Shown here one piece after another: positions 1 through 10,239 of a stretch of 64,000 nucleotides of DNA (the first letter of the stretch is position 1; every line of letters starts with the position of its first letter). Source of the stretch: Bdellovibrionota bacterium (GTDB taxonomy: Bacteria; Bdellovibrionota_C; UBA2361; JAAYZI01); assembly GCA_050950765.1 (NCBI GenBank), contig JBMNIF010000002.1, positions 544,001-608,000 of the forward strand, given 5' to 3'. The position numbers were made by a program, and so were the translations under genes. Below the pieces are notes generated by a model. The model worked only from the letters and a program-made list of their open reading frames with translations. It was not told the origin of the DNA and ran no database searches.

Positions 1-211
1 TCAGGGATGGATGTTCGTGAATCACATAGCAATACAGTGGAGCTATGAAATATTAAAAACAATAAAAAAACATAAACTTTCGACTTCAATATCATTAGAA
101 GATGCTATCAGAAGGTTATCTGAAATTAAAAAAGTTAGGCTTGGGGACTCTTGGTATTTAGCCGAGCAAACTAAAGCAGAGCTAAAAATAGCCGAACTGT
201 TACTTACTTAA
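1..211 (+). CDS. C-terminal part of a DDE transposase (IS4/IS1634-like), truncated by the window edge
   Basis: The frame is open from the window start (QGWMFVNHIAIQW...LSEIKKVR). This parallels the C-terminal GKLFVGFLALIL...LQKIKVI segment of the IS1634 transposase at 57016. Confidence 0.6.
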   Translation, partial: QGWMFVNHIAIQWSYEILKTIKKHKLSTSISLEDAIRRLSEIKKVRLGDSWYLAEQTKAELKIAELLLT

Positions 212-237
212 CATACGTAAAAAGGGGAAAGTTTGGG
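1..237 (+). mobile_element. Right end of an insertion sequence
   Basis: The transposase stop is followed by GGGGAAAGTTTGGG (224-237), which resembles an IS4/IS1634-type terminus ending in GG. The left end is outside the window. Confidence 0.45.
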
Positions 238-370
238 ATCTAAAAAACAGCCCCCCTCTTTAACTCTAAGATACGTTTTTTTATTTTTACCTTAATTAAA
301 TTTTACCTCAAAAAAGGCTTTTTTCATAACCGTTAAAGGCTCTGTTAAAGTGGTTATCCTTGTGAGTAGG

Positions 371-826
371 TTAAATTCCTAGCTCGGAAAAAGCTTTTTC
401 ATAACCGACTAAACGTCGCGGCTCAGCTAACTTTCTAACCTCTGCCACGCTACACCACCGCCAATTCATCAACTCCTGATCGTAACGATTAAGGGTGATC
501 TCTGCGTCAGAACCCAGATATTCAAGAACAAAAAATGTTTGGACTTGACCTCTCCACTTTCCGAGATAGTGGGCGGGGATAGGGTCTGAGAACTCATATT
601 CATGTTGCGCTAAAAGGTGCTGCAAGATTTTAAAGTTTTTTTTAGGCACCCCTAGCTCTTCGTGCGCTTCCTTAATAGCAGCCTCTGCGGGGGTCATGCC
701 CTGCTCTATTCCACCTTGTGGAAGTTGCCAAATACCAGGACAGCCGAACCTTTCAGCGAGAAAGATCTCCCGCTCTTTATTTAAAATAATAAGGCAAACA
801 TTGGGACGAAGCGGTATCTCTGACAT
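371..826 (-). CDS. rppH: RNA pyrophosphohydrolase (Nudix)
   Basis: RPNVCLII, WQLPQGGIE, Nudix box (G..EQGMTPAEAAIKEAHEELG) and RGQxQ are RppH-type motifs. Confidence 0.85.
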   Translation of the reverse strand: MSEIPLRPNVCLIILNKEREIFLAERFGCPGIWQLPQGGIEQGMTPAEAAIKEAHEELGVPKKNFKILQHLLAQHEYEFSDPIPAHYLGKWRGQVQTFFVLEYLGSDAEITLNRYDQELMNWRWCSVAEVRKLAEPRRLVGYEKAFSELGI

Positions 827-852
827 CTTAAATCCGTTTTTATATGAAACAT

Positions 853-2430
853 CTATGCCTCTTTTTGGGCTTCTCTCAACAGGAATAGCTCATATGAATC
901 AATCAATGCTGCATAACTAGCATCTATAATATTGTGAGAGACTCCAACTGTTGACCACCGTTCTTTTCCCAAAGCAGCTTCAATAGTTACCCTTGTGGTA
1001 GCACCCGTAGCTCGATCAGGATCAAGGATACGCACCTTGTAATCAACTAAGCTAACATCTTTTAAGGTTGGGAAGTGAGAGAGGAGGGCTTTTCTCAAAG
1101 CTTGATCAAGAGCATCCACAGGTCCCACCCCTTCACCGACCATATGAATAATCTCAGCACCTATCTTCAATTTTACCACCGCTTCAACGGTAAACATGGT
1201 GTTTCTGCGACATTCAGAAACCACCATCATATCAATCTTTTCAAAGGGTGGCTTATAATCGGGGCTATCTTTTCTTAGCAACAGTTCGAAGGTGCCTTCA
1301 GCATTTTCAAATTGAAATCCTTTATGCTCAAGCTCCTTAATTTTATCCAAAACTGCTTTTTCATTTCCTTGCAACTTTAATCCCAACTCAGCTGCACGAA
1401 TTCTGATATTACCACGTCCTGAAAGCTCAGAGATTATAAAGGTACGTTTATTACCGACTAGCGCAGGTGCGATATGTTCATAACTACTACTCTCTTTTTC
1501 AACTGCTGCTACATGAATTCCGCCTTTATGTGCAAAAGCAGAGGATCCGACGTAAGGTGCCTGCTTATCAGGATTAAGATTAGCAATACCACTGACCTTC
1601 AACGAAAGGTCTGTCAACGAACTTAATCCCTCCGGCGTTAAGCAATCAAACCCCATCTTCAATTGCAAGTTCGGAATTATCGAGATGAGATCGGCATTAC
1701 CGCAACGCTCACCGTATCCGTTAATTGTTCCCTGTACGTGGTCACAACCAGCTGCTACCGCAGTTAATGAGTTAGCAACAGCCAAACCGGAATCGTTATG
1801 AACGTGTACCCCCAAGTGGCAAGAGATATTTTTTTTAGCTTCAGAGACGATATCATTTATCCGCCACGGTAGAGATCCGCCGTTTGTATCACATAAGGTG
1901 ACGGTATCAGCACCTGCTGCACACGCCGTCTTGATCGTTAAAAGAGCGTATTCAGGATTGGCGATATAGCCGTCAAAGAAGTGTTCGGCATCAAAAACAA
2001 CCTCCTTACCGTGCTCTTTCATCCACTTAATACTCTCGGAGATCATGTTTAAGTTTTCTTCTAAAGTTGTCCGCAAAACTTCCTTTACATGAAAATCCCA
2101 TGTTTTTCCGACGAGTGCTACAACAGGCGTATTGGCTTGTAAAAGCAACTTTAAATTTTCATCATCTTCTACATCGATAGAGTGTCTACGCGTACTCCCG
2201 AAAGCCGCCATCTTGGCGTGTTGTAAGCCTAGCTCTAAAACTCGTTCGAAGAATTCACAATCTTTCGGATTAGATCCCGGCCATCCCCCCTCGATATAAT
2301 CGAAGCAAACACTATCAAGGAGTGTTGCTATCTTTAATTTATCTTCAACAGAGAAACTGATCCCACGCCGCTGGCTCCCATCTCGCAAGGTCGTATCATA
2401 TAATTGAATATGTTTTGTTTTTTCCGTCAT
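853..2430 (-). CDS. cimA: Citramalate synthase (LeuA/CimA family)
   Basis: DTTLRDGSQ, IEGGWPGSNPKD, FDAEHFFDGY, HVHND, GYGERCGNA and SAFAHKGGIH motifs. Confidence 0.9.
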   Translation of the reverse strand: MTEKTKHIQLYDTTLRDGSQRRGISFSVEDKLKIATLLDSVCFDYIEGGWPGSNPKDCEFFERVLELGLQHAKMAAFGSTRRHSIDVEDDENLKLLLQANTPVVALVGKTWDFHVKEVLRTTLEENLNMISESIKWMKEHGKEVVFDAEHFFDGYIANPEYALLTIKTACAAGADTVTLCDTNGGSLPWRINDIVSEAKKNISCHLGVHVHNDSGLAVANSLTAVAAGCDHVQGTINGYGERCGNADLISIIPNLQLKMGFDCLTPEGLSSLTDLSLKVSGIANLNPDKQAPYVGSSAFAHKGGIHVAAVEKESSSYEHIAPALVGNKRTFIISELSGRGNIRIRAAELGLKLQGNEKAVLDKIKELEHKGFQFENAEGTFELLLRKDSPDYKPPFEKIDMMVVSECRRNTMFTVEAVVKLKIGAEIIHMVGEGVGPVDALDQALRKALLSHFPTLKDVSLVDYKVRILDPDRATGATTRVTIEAALGKERWSTVGVSHNIIDASYAALIDSYELFLLREAQKEA

Positions 2431-2643
2431 TCATTACCTTTTCTTTTAACGTTTATCTTTTATACTGTCTGCTATACTATCCGCTTCGAAAAATTTATTT
2501 AAAAAAAACAATACCTCTTATCAAGAGATCTGATTTTCCCTTGCTCTTAGCAAATTAGCAATATAACGTACACGTTGGAGTGCCATCTTGTACACCGTTA
2601 AGATAATCAGATGGTATAAAGTTTTCAAGATATTGAAAGTATT

Positions 2644-3771
2644 ATGCGCACACCATTCCCTTATTTTGTCTATTTTCTTATCTCTTTTGCTCTGTGCGGT
2701 TGCAGTGCCAAAGAGGATCTTCCGCCGTCATTTCTCGCCAATATGGATGACTTTAAGAAGCATGATATAGTTCCCGATTTTTACCTCTTAAAAACGCCGC
2801 AAACTCCAACTACAAAATATCATAGTGTAATTATTGAAACTCCGTTACTGTCTCTAAACAGGGAGCAGAGATATTATTATGCCGATCCTTCATTTTTAAA
2901 GTTCGTGACCGATCTTTTACGAGAACAGGTTGCCCTTAGTGTAGGTAATGATTTCAAGATAACTGAATCCCCTTCTCCGAAAACTTTCAGGCTACGCCTT
3001 GCTATCACAAACGTCACCCTCCCCGATCATAAAACACTCCTCACGGCAAGGCACGGCGGTTTAGTGCCGATTAGCCTTGATGATACGATTTTAGAGGCGT
3101 ATTTTGAAGATTCCTTAAGTGGGGATCTTTTAGGTGGGGTAAGAGATTTAAGGATAGGAAAGGTACGAAATCCCAAACTTATTCAAGGTTTTTCATCTCC
3201 TCTTTATCTTAAAAGCACCTTCGCCGCATGGAGCGGTGAATTAAGAGCGATCCTTTATGAGATATGCGTTCCCCCTACACATAAAAAAGATAAGGTGCAT
3301 TCTAATAAAAAAAGAGAGCTTAAAGAGGGAGAGAGAAAATTCACTTCCAGCACAACAGGAGATATTAAAGATGGTGAGGAAAAATTTAACTCCAATACAA
3401 CAGAAGAGCTTAAAGAGGGAGAGAGAAAATTCACTTCCAGCACAACAGAAGATCTTAAAGACGGTGAGGAAAGATCGTATTCTAATGCAAAAGGAAAGCT
3501 TAAAGATAGAGAGAGGAAATTCACTTCCAGCACAACAGAAGATCTTAAAGATAGAGAGGAAAAAACTTCTTCTAATGTAACAGGAGGTCTTAGAGAGGAA
3601 AGCAACAAGATAATGCCCTCCTTGCCTATCTTTATTGATAACGAACTATTTATTGATAACGAACGAAGAGGTTTTAATTCAGGAAGTGCGTTTAAACCTC
3701 AATCTAAAGAAGCGCCTCTTTTTAATGGTGTAGAGAAGAACGAGGATAAAGCTATAAAGAAGGTGCTTTAG
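2644..3771 (+). CDS. Putative lipoprotein (DUF3313-like N-terminal domain) with a repetitive charged C-terminal tail
   Basis: Signal peptide with lipobox-like LCGC, an FRLRLAITNV...EAYFEDSLSGDLLG pattern and 15-aa repeats. Confidence 0.55.
   Translation: MRTPFPYFVYFLISFALCGCSAKEDLPPSFLANMDDFKKHDIVPDFYLLKTPQTPTTKYHSVIIETPLLSLNREQRYYYADPSFLKFVTDLLREQVALSVGNDFKITESPSPKTFRLRLAITNVTLPDHKTLLTARHGGLVPISLDDTILEAYFEDSLSGDLLGGVRDLRIGKVRNPKLIQGFSSPLYLKSTFAAWSGELRAILYEICVPPTHKKDKVHSNKKRELKEGERKFTSSTTGDIKDGEEKFNSNTTEELKEGERKFTSSTTEDLKDGEERSYSNAKGKLKDRERKFTSSTTEDLKDREEKTSSNVTGGLREESNKIMPSLPIFIDNELFIDNERRGFNSGSAFKPQSKEAPLFNGVEKNEDKAIKKVL
3316..3600 (+). repeat. Coding tandem repeat, 45-bp (15-aa) unit x~6, alternating A/B (90-bp higher-order unit)
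   Basis: ELKEGERKFTSSTTG / DIKDGEEKFNSNTTE / ELKEGERKFTSSTTE / DLKDGEERSYSNAKG / KLKDRERKFTSSTTE / DLKDREEKTSSNVTG. Confidence 0.9.
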
Positions 3772-3939
3772 TTAGGGTAAGGGAGAACCGAGCTTCTGAA
3801 AATGTAGATTTAAAGAGAAGGAAGTAGATAAAACTATAAATAAGGTACCTTAGGGTAAGGGAGAACTGAGTTTCTGAAAATGTAGATTTAAAGAGAAGGA
3901 AGTAGATAAAACCATAAATAAGGTACCTTAGGGTAAGGG
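3772..3939. repeat. Intergenic tandem repeat, 78-bp unit x2.2
   Basis: TTAGGGTAAGGG starts at 3772, 3850 and 3928 with near-identical intervening sequence. The unit resembles the last codons of the upstream gene. Confidence 0.9.
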
Positions 3940-4067
3940 TTTAGACCTTAGTTTTTTCCTATTCTCTTTTACCGAGTTATAGAAAGTTACACGGCAGATC
4001 AGTTTAAACCTTAACTTTATCTCTACCTTCTTTTATCTATGTTACGTTCTCTAGTGTTGTATCTAGA

Positions 4068-5057
4068 TCAGAGACACTTTCCGTCTTTATTCGGTGCGGA
4101 TAGCATCTTTCCATCTAAAATTGTACGAGGCACTGCTTTTAAAACCAATTCAGATCCGCCGCCGTAATCGTTATATTCCACCGTTATCTTATGTTTCCCA
4201 GGAGTGATAACCGTTGTTGCATTTTTCATAAGAAATGAATGCGCTCCCCAGTTATTGATAATAATTTTATCATCTATCATTAACCTTGAGCCGTCATCAG
4301 AGCCTAATTCAAAATTAACTTTGAGATCTTCCTTCGTTTCAATACAACTTTCAAAACGCACGGAGAAGGAGGGGGTAACTCCACTTACCCTTCTTAACTT
4401 TGAGCGATTTTTTAAAGAAACTATCTTCTCTGTGGATTTAATTTTAGGCTCTCCTGCTAGATCGGCATTTGAAAAATAAGAGACGCGCCACGGATTAGGT
4501 ACGCAGAGATTCCAAACGATAGCCACACAGATCATAACGGCACAGATAGAAACAAGATAAAGAGCTGCCGTTTTACGTTTATCATCAAAAAAACTTCGAT
4601 TAAACCTCTTATCAAGATCCGCATTAGCTTTAGCCAATACATTTCTAAGGGTTAGATAGTGATCTTGCAAACAATTTGAGGGTAAACTTTCTGGGATAAA
4701 ATCAGAGTGTAGCGCCGTTTGAAAAATTGAAAGGTGCTGATACAGATTTTCCGATGTAACCGTTCCAAAAAGCTCCACCTCTTGCAGATCAAGCACGATA
4801 TTATCGGGGTCTGGTGTATTTTCACCGTTTAAATACGACTGAAAGATCGCAAAATTATACCAAGCTTTCAAAAGGAGAAGGGCTTGTTCTTTCTCCGAAC
4901 CGTAAACCGCTACCGCAATATTATCGATACATTCAAGGCTTTTTTGCAAAGAGAGTAAGAGATCCTTTGCCTTTTCGTATGTTACCTGCGCTTCAACGGA
5001 ATCTTTTTTTTTCGCCATTATCTCCCTCGTTATTAAATGCCTCGATCTGTTATTCAT
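4068..5057 (-). CDS. Single-pass membrane protein with a C-terminal PA14 (carbohydrate-binding) domain
   Basis: A TM helix (LYLVSICAVMICVAIVW) is followed by FSVRF...FELGSDDGSRLMIDDK...GKHKITVEY, the PA14 signature. Confidence 0.8.
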   Translation of the reverse strand: MNNRSRHLITREIMAKKKDSVEAQVTYEKAKDLLLSLQKSLECIDNIAVAVYGSEKEQALLLLKAWYNFAIFQSYLNGENTPDPDNIVLDLQEVELFGTVTSENLYQHLSIFQTALHSDFIPESLPSNCLQDHYLTLRNVLAKANADLDKRFNRSFFDDKRKTAALYLVSICAVMICVAIVWNLCVPNPWRVSYFSNADLAGEPKIKSTEKIVSLKNRSKLRRVSGVTPSFSVRFESCIETKEDLKVNFELGSDDGSRLMIDDKIIINNWGAHSFLMKNATTVITPGKHKITVEYNDYGGGSELVLKAVPRTILDGKMLSAPNKDGKCL

Positions 5058-5240
5058 CCTAACACGATTTTTTTCTCGGCAATACCCGTATTTTACCTAT
5101 GAAAAGGTGGTATTACTAATAATTATTCGTAGATAGAGAAGAAAAATCTCTTTATTTTACACCAAAGATGAAGCAACATCCTTATTTTTACAGATCTGCT
5201 ATCACAATAATTGAAGGTTTATTTTTAGAGAGGTTGCGCT

Positions 5241-6155
5241 ATGAGTAATATAGCTTATGCCTATAACGATGACGAAACTGTTAACGAAGAATATAGGAAT
5301 CACGCCAAAGAATTAAAATTGATGTACGGCTTTAATGACGGGAGCCCAAGTATAATTAGTGCCTTCTGCGGCCTTTTAAAGGGAGCACTTTTACTTGTAA
5401 TGGTACTGGCGATATTTTCAATCGCCATCTTGATTATTTACCTCAGTCAACATCAAGAACAGATCCCTGCTTTTAGAGCAAAAGTCACAAGTATTATCTC
5501 CACCTACTCCGGCTTATCATTCGGCGAAATAGAAGAGATGCGTCAAAATGTTTCAAGCTCCTTAGAAAAAACAATTCCTCAGATAAAAGATCTGGCGCTT
5601 TCAGAAACGTCACGCAGCGCTGTCTCTGCTTCTGAAGCAGACCTCGCTCTTCTAAATAGTAAAGTTGATATGAGCGAGCCTATCGTAAGAGCGCTCTACA
5701 ATTCAGGGGTAACGGAGCCTGCAAAACTGATTAACGCTGGTATCGTTATTAAAGAGAGTAGATCCCAAAAGGTCGACCCATTACTAGCGCTTGCAATCGC
5801 AATGCGTGACAGTAAACTTGATGCTTCATCAAAAAGCTTACGTGGTTTTGGACTTTTTAAGATTAGTAGCAGCAAGATCCCCAATTTAACCAAGTCACTC
5901 AATATGGCAACACTTACGGAAGAAGCTCTCCTTATTCCCGAGATCAATGCCAAGATAGGTGTTAAATATATTGCGTTACTCGGTGAAAAATTTCGTAACG
6001 CCCAAGAGTCAATAATTTACGGCTACTATCTTGGTGCTAAACCGTACCTTGCAACACTACTAGGAAAAGAAACACTCTCAGAAGACGCTATTAATTACGC
6101 ACACACTGTTTCAGGCAATTACCTCTCCCTATCAAAGAGAGTACGCCCTAACTAA
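5241..6155 (+). CDS. Membrane-anchored SLT lytic transglycosylase-like protein with degenerate motifs
   Basis: N-terminal TM helix; VDPLLALAIAMRDS, GFGLFKI, LLIPEINAKIGVKYI and YGYYLG align with SLT motifs. Confidence 0.7.
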   Translation: MSNIAYAYNDDETVNEEYRNHAKELKLMYGFNDGSPSIISAFCGLLKGALLLVMVLAIFSIAILIIYLSQHQEQIPAFRAKVTSIISTYSGLSFGEIEEMRQNVSSSLEKTIPQIKDLALSETSRSAVSASEADLALLNSKVDMSEPIVRALYNSGVTEPAKLINAGIVIKESRSQKVDPLLALAIAMRDSKLDASSKSLRGFGLFKISSSKIPNLTKSLNMATLTEEALLIPEINAKIGVKYIALLGEKFRNAQESIIYGYYLGAKPYLATLLGKETLSEDAINYAHTVSGNYLSLSKRVRPN

Positions 6156-6305
6156 ACAGCTATAATTTTTTGACCCTCATAAAAATCTAGCTGATTCGGT
6201 TTTTAGTCGCAGCCCGCTCAATTATCACTAGAGGAAGGGTCGTCCCTAAAAAGCTCAAAACCGTCTCTGCTAACATCTTGATATTATTAGCTATTACAAT
6301 TTTAG

Positions 6306-7931
6306 CTAGAGATAGCCTCTTAGGTTTTCCATAACGGAGGTGATGTTTTGGAAATCTACATATTCACGCTGCACCTTAAGCTCTTGCGGTAGCACCTCCT
6401 GTTTAGAACCTTTATTATCAAGTCTAATAACGAAGAGGGATATTTTATCGGCGCACTTTTCATATTCATCTATAAGATCCTGTATACCATCCCCCTTTGT
6501 GATCGGAGTGTCCGTTATAACGATTACAGAACGGTTAAACTTAGCCTCTACTGCACAAACTTCCTTTAGCGCTTGAGTGATAGCACGACCTCCGCCGCTT
6601 GGCGCTCCTATATCAGCACGATCTGTTTGCAGACCTTTACCTTTACTTTTACTTTTTACCTTACTTTTTTGCATCAGATGCAGAGCGTCACTTACCTTAC
6701 TTTTATCTCCGACCTCAATCACACTATTTTTAGGAGACCCACCGTCTGCAACAATCAGGTGTAAAACATCTTCATTTTTAGGAGTAAGCCAAAACTTTCC
6801 CTCCTCATTTTTCGCAATATCTGCGAAGGCTTCTTTTAATTCAGCACTAAAACTATCTCTTAGCCCCATCTCCGCATTTAAAACAAATACTGCATAGCTC
6901 GGCTTTCTTAAAAACTCCTGATACCGTCCTAAAAACCTATTTAATTGAAACTTATTTAAGCCGCTCCGCGTTGAAGCCTTTTGCAAGGGGCTTAAACCTC
7001 GCCAACTTTCAGAATCGTAATACTTACCGAAAGGAGTTCTGAAAAATGCACCTGCTAACCTTTTTTGTGCAGTCTTTCCCGTTAAGTAACGTTTAATATC
7101 TCTCACAAGTTTTTGTCTCTCCTTATCGCCTTTATGGAGATAAACAAGTTGTGCACTTATCCCATAAGGAGCTTGTGTAAAGTAGAGTACATCTCTCGGG
7201 ATGAGCCCTTCTTGACGCATCTTTTTATTAAATCTAGCTGCCATGCGTTCTGTTACAATAACAGCATCATAGTTGGGGTCTTCAAAAACCCCTCTAAAAT
7301 CAAGGGGATTAGGAGAGATAAAAGCTGCATTAGCTATAAAACGTTTTAAACTTTTTCTTAATTCTAACGGATTTTTTTCCGTTCCTTTTTTTTCTGCTAG
7401 TTTTAGAACTCCCAGATAAGTAGATAACCCGACGGGATGGTGCGTTGGCGTTAAAAAAGCGTATTTTAAACCCCCTTTTAAAGTTTCCTCAAAAAAAGCT
7501 TCCGCCTTTAAGGTACGATGAAATCCGTCTTGAAACGGCTTCCCCTTATCCTTATTAAACGCCACAACTATGGGGCTAAACATAATCTGTTTTATCTCAA
7601 GAGCAAGTCTTGTCGCTGCGGAAAGTTGTAGCCACTCTATGGAGGGCATCAGCACGATATCTGGATTTTGCAAAAGGTCTTCCTGCTGTAACGTTTGTAA
7701 GATCTCCGTGCTGGAGAGGTAGCGCACCCTAAAATCGTATTTATGATCCTTACGTTGCTTAGCGTAGATAAATTCAGTAATTGTATTTCCCAACTCGTGC
7801 AGATCTGGTGTGGCGATTATCTCAAAGGTGGGACGTTTTATTACGTTATCACTTTGAAGGTGTCTAAAGACAATTCCGAGTGACACGATACAGATTATAC
7901 ATAAGGTTAAAAAAAGGAGCTTCTGTCTCAT
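6306..7931 (-). CDS. Exported solute-binding-like domain plus degenerate vWA domain protein
   Basis: N-terminal TM/signal, an IMFSPIVVAF...AGAFFRT SBP-like region, then RKPSYAVFVLN and SVIVITD in a vWA-like C-terminus. Confidence 0.55.
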   Translation of the reverse strand: MRQKLLFLTLCIICIVSLGIVFRHLQSDNVIKRPTFEIIATPDLHELGNTITEFIYAKQRKDHKYDFRVRYLSSTEILQTLQQEDLLQNPDIVLMPSIEWLQLSAATRLALEIKQIMFSPIVVAFNKDKGKPFQDGFHRTLKAEAFFEETLKGGLKYAFLTPTHHPVGLSTYLGVLKLAEKKGTEKNPLELRKSLKRFIANAAFISPNPLDFRGVFEDPNYDAVIVTERMAARFNKKMRQEGLIPRDVLYFTQAPYGISAQLVYLHKGDKERQKLVRDIKRYLTGKTAQKRLAGAFFRTPFGKYYDSESWRGLSPLQKASTRSGLNKFQLNRFLGRYQEFLRKPSYAVFVLNAEMGLRDSFSAELKEAFADIAKNEEGKFWLTPKNEDVLHLIVADGGSPKNSVIEVGDKSKVSDALHLMQKSKVKSKSKGKGLQTDRADIGAPSGGGRAITQALKEVCAVEAKFNRSVIVITDTPITKGDGIQDLIDEYEKCADKISLFVIRLDNKGSKQEVLPQELKVQREYVDFQNITSVMENLRGYL

Positions 7932-8004
7932 AACAGAATGATTCTATTTAAGTGCCCCTCACGTCAAGAGAGAGAATATCTAACAAAGCATAATCTTCTT
8001 TAAG

Positions 8005-8100
8005 AACTTATAAAGGTGCCCCTACCTGTGTCAATAAGGGAGGCACTACCTGTATCAACTGTAAACTTATAAAGGTGCCGCCCGCATAGATTGGTAAAGA
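8005..8100. repeat. Degenerate intergenic copy of 8313-8393 (near the 3' end of the TadG-like gene)
   Basis: ACCTGTATCAACTG(T/C)AAACTTATAAAGGTGCCGC...ATAGATTGGTA is shared at an offset of ~299 bp. Confidence 0.85.
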
Positions 8101-8151
8101 TATGGTAGAGATAGAGATCGGTAAAAATAGAGGTGGGGTATTTAACTCCCC

Positions 8152-10053
8152 CTACTCAATCTCAACTATCTGATACGGATTAACCCCCACTACATAATCA
8201 TCCATAGCATCTTTAATCTGCTGGGCTTGCGTTCTGCAATCCGTAGTTACCAACTGACCGTAACGTGTTCGATCACATTGATTTTTGCGCCATTCAGCTC
8301 CATCACAGATCTCCCCCACCTGTGTTAGTAAGGGAGCCCAGACACCACCTGTATCAACTGCAAACTTATAAAGGTGCCGCATAGATTGGTAGAAAGGCTT
8401 AGAGGCGGTTTTGTTATTAAATACACCTTCACAATCACTACCAAAATCAGAACACCCTGAGCTCCCTCTTACAAAATCATATATACCGGTTTTATTTTTT
8501 GAAGACCTAAACTCAGCATCAGTAAAACACGTCCCCGTCTCAGTATTTTCTAAAGCAACCCAGTGTGGTCCCACATCCTTACCAACAGGAAAGATGTGTA
8601 GAGGGATATTGTTGGCTACCATAGTATTAACTACCCTCTGCAATTCATTCATGCCGTTTACATAGTAATTATAATCGCTTGCATTGCAATGTACTCCTGT
8701 AGTATCTCCATCCCAACAAGTTTGTAAACCATCAGTAAAAAGCACCACTGCATTAGAAACGTTTTCAGAAGCCCCCTCACTATCAGCAAGTAACCTCTGA
8801 ACCGCCTCTTCAAGCGCCTGCTTTATATGTGTTTGCCCCCTATTCGCTTGCGGACGTTTATTTATATCTACACTATCAAACATAGGGATTAAACCGTACC
8901 TAACAGCACGCTCTACACCAGCACTTACATTTGAAAAAGGATCACGCGTATTAATATCATCACTATCAAAGATACAGCCCTCTTCATCTGTATCTCCATC
9001 AGAGTAATCGGTAAAATTTATTAGTTGATCTAACTTATCGGTTAAGACCGTCATCCTTGGCCAGAAGAGACCGTTTGAAAACATTATAACTCCCGCCTTA
9101 TCTCCCGCTACGCTACGCGCCTTAAAAGCTTTTAAGGCGTTATGAATACCGTCATAGATATCAGCTAACGGTTGAGGTCTCCCTTTAGTGCCTACTCCCC
9201 TATAAGCATAAACATGGAAAGACTCTCTACTGCCAAAGTTATATCTTTCATCTCCGATCTCTCTAGTAAATTTATCTTTACACGGATCAGCTGTGCTTGG
9301 GCAAGGGTGGAGATCTCGAAGCTCGTTACAAGTAAAATTATTATAATCGTCATCACCAAGTACAAACTTCTGTTTGTAGTGCTTTGTATCTTCTCCAAAA
9401 GAAGTAAGCCTAAAAGTATAACAAGTATCACTTATCACATAATCAGGGCAATTATACTCAAAATTAAAGGTATCTTGTGTAGTAGAGAAAGAGGTATCAA
9501 CTAAAAAATAGATATGCCTCGGCACCACCATAGCCGTAGCTTTTACATAGGGGGCGATCTCTTTTATACCGAAGAACCTTCCAAAAGACATCTCCGTATC
9601 TCGTACATAGTTACCTGAGATACGTACGGCGTTAGGAGTGGTGCAATCTCCTGTCTCATCCGGAGTAAAAACCTGCTTTCCTAAGCTCTCGTCTCTCTTC
9701 CAACACCCCAACTCTAAACGAAAGAGGCTTTCTTCACCTAAACCAACTGCCCTTTGAGCAGACGCAGCATCTTCACTTTTAGGATCGTTATCATTTAATA
9801 ACTTATTTACAGCCTCTACGGCTGCCTCTTTTGCCGCTTCTTTAGTTTCGTTAAGTGCCCTCGCTGAAACGTACTCTTCTAAAGCTCTTAAAGTTGCAAG
9901 TTTGGTATTTTGTCTCGCTTTTTCAGCGTCGTTCATCATACGACTAACATCGATAACTATGGCAGCGAGACCAAAAATAACTATCATCGAGATACAGAAA
10001 AGAACCATAAAACCGCCGTTTTCTCGCTTCTTCATTAGCACCTTCCTTTTCAC
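8152..10053 (-). CDS. TadG-like minor pilin / tip adhesin with a vWA domain
   Basis: Pilin-like N-terminus RENGGFMVLFCISMIVIFGLAAIVID, MIDAS motif FLVDTSFST, and VVLFTDG. Confidence 0.85.
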   Translation of the reverse strand: MKRKVLMKKRENGGFMVLFCISMIVIFGLAAIVIDVSRMMNDAEKARQNTKLATLRALEEYVSARALNETKEAAKEAAVEAVNKLLNDNDPKSEDAASAQRAVGLGEESLFRLELGCWKRDESLGKQVFTPDETGDCTTPNAVRISGNYVRDTEMSFGRFFGIKEIAPYVKATAMVVPRHIYFLVDTSFSTTQDTFNFEYNCPDYVISDTCYTFRLTSFGEDTKHYKQKFVLGDDDYNNFTCNELRDLHPCPSTADPCKDKFTREIGDERYNFGSRESFHVYAYRGVGTKGRPQPLADIYDGIHNALKAFKARSVAGDKAGVIMFSNGLFWPRMTVLTDKLDQLINFTDYSDGDTDEEGCIFDSDDINTRDPFSNVSAGVERAVRYGLIPMFDSVDINKRPQANRGQTHIKQALEEAVQRLLADSEGASENVSNAVVLFTDGLQTCWDGDTTGVHCNASDYNYYVNGMNELQRVVNTMVANNIPLHIFPVGKDVGPHWVALENTETGTCFTDAEFRSSKNKTGIYDFVRGSSGCSDFGSDCEGVFNNKTASKPFYQSMRHLYKFAVDTGGVWAPLLTQVGEICDGAEWRKNQCDRTRYGQLVTTDCRTQAQQIKDAMDDYVVGVNPYQIVEIE

Positions 10054-10176
10054 TATTATTTAATCGATAACATTACTTTTTCTCGAGCTATTAAGATTAT
10101 AAATTTAACTCTACTATTTAAGTATTACGTAACACTTACTTCTTAAGATATCTAAAACTTATTACTAATAAGGTAG

Positions 10177-10218
10177 AGAGAAGGATTATAAAGTTACTCG
10201 CTATCATAATCCTTCTCT
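10177..10218. terminator. 13-bp stem hairpin between the giant TadE and TadG-like genes
   Basis: AGAGAAGGATTAT-N16-ATAATCCTTCTCT. Confidence 0.5.
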
Positions 10219-10239
10219 GCATTTTTTAATTATTCTTCC

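Noticed and set aside
3255..3608. Alternative-frame ORFs over the 45-bp repeat
   Set aside because: They stay open only because the repeat lacks stops, and they overlap the real CDS.
8005..8393. Diversity-generating retroelement TR/VR pair
   Set aside because: The differences include indels and non-adenine changes, mostly transitions consistent with decay, and there is no reverse transcriptase in the window.
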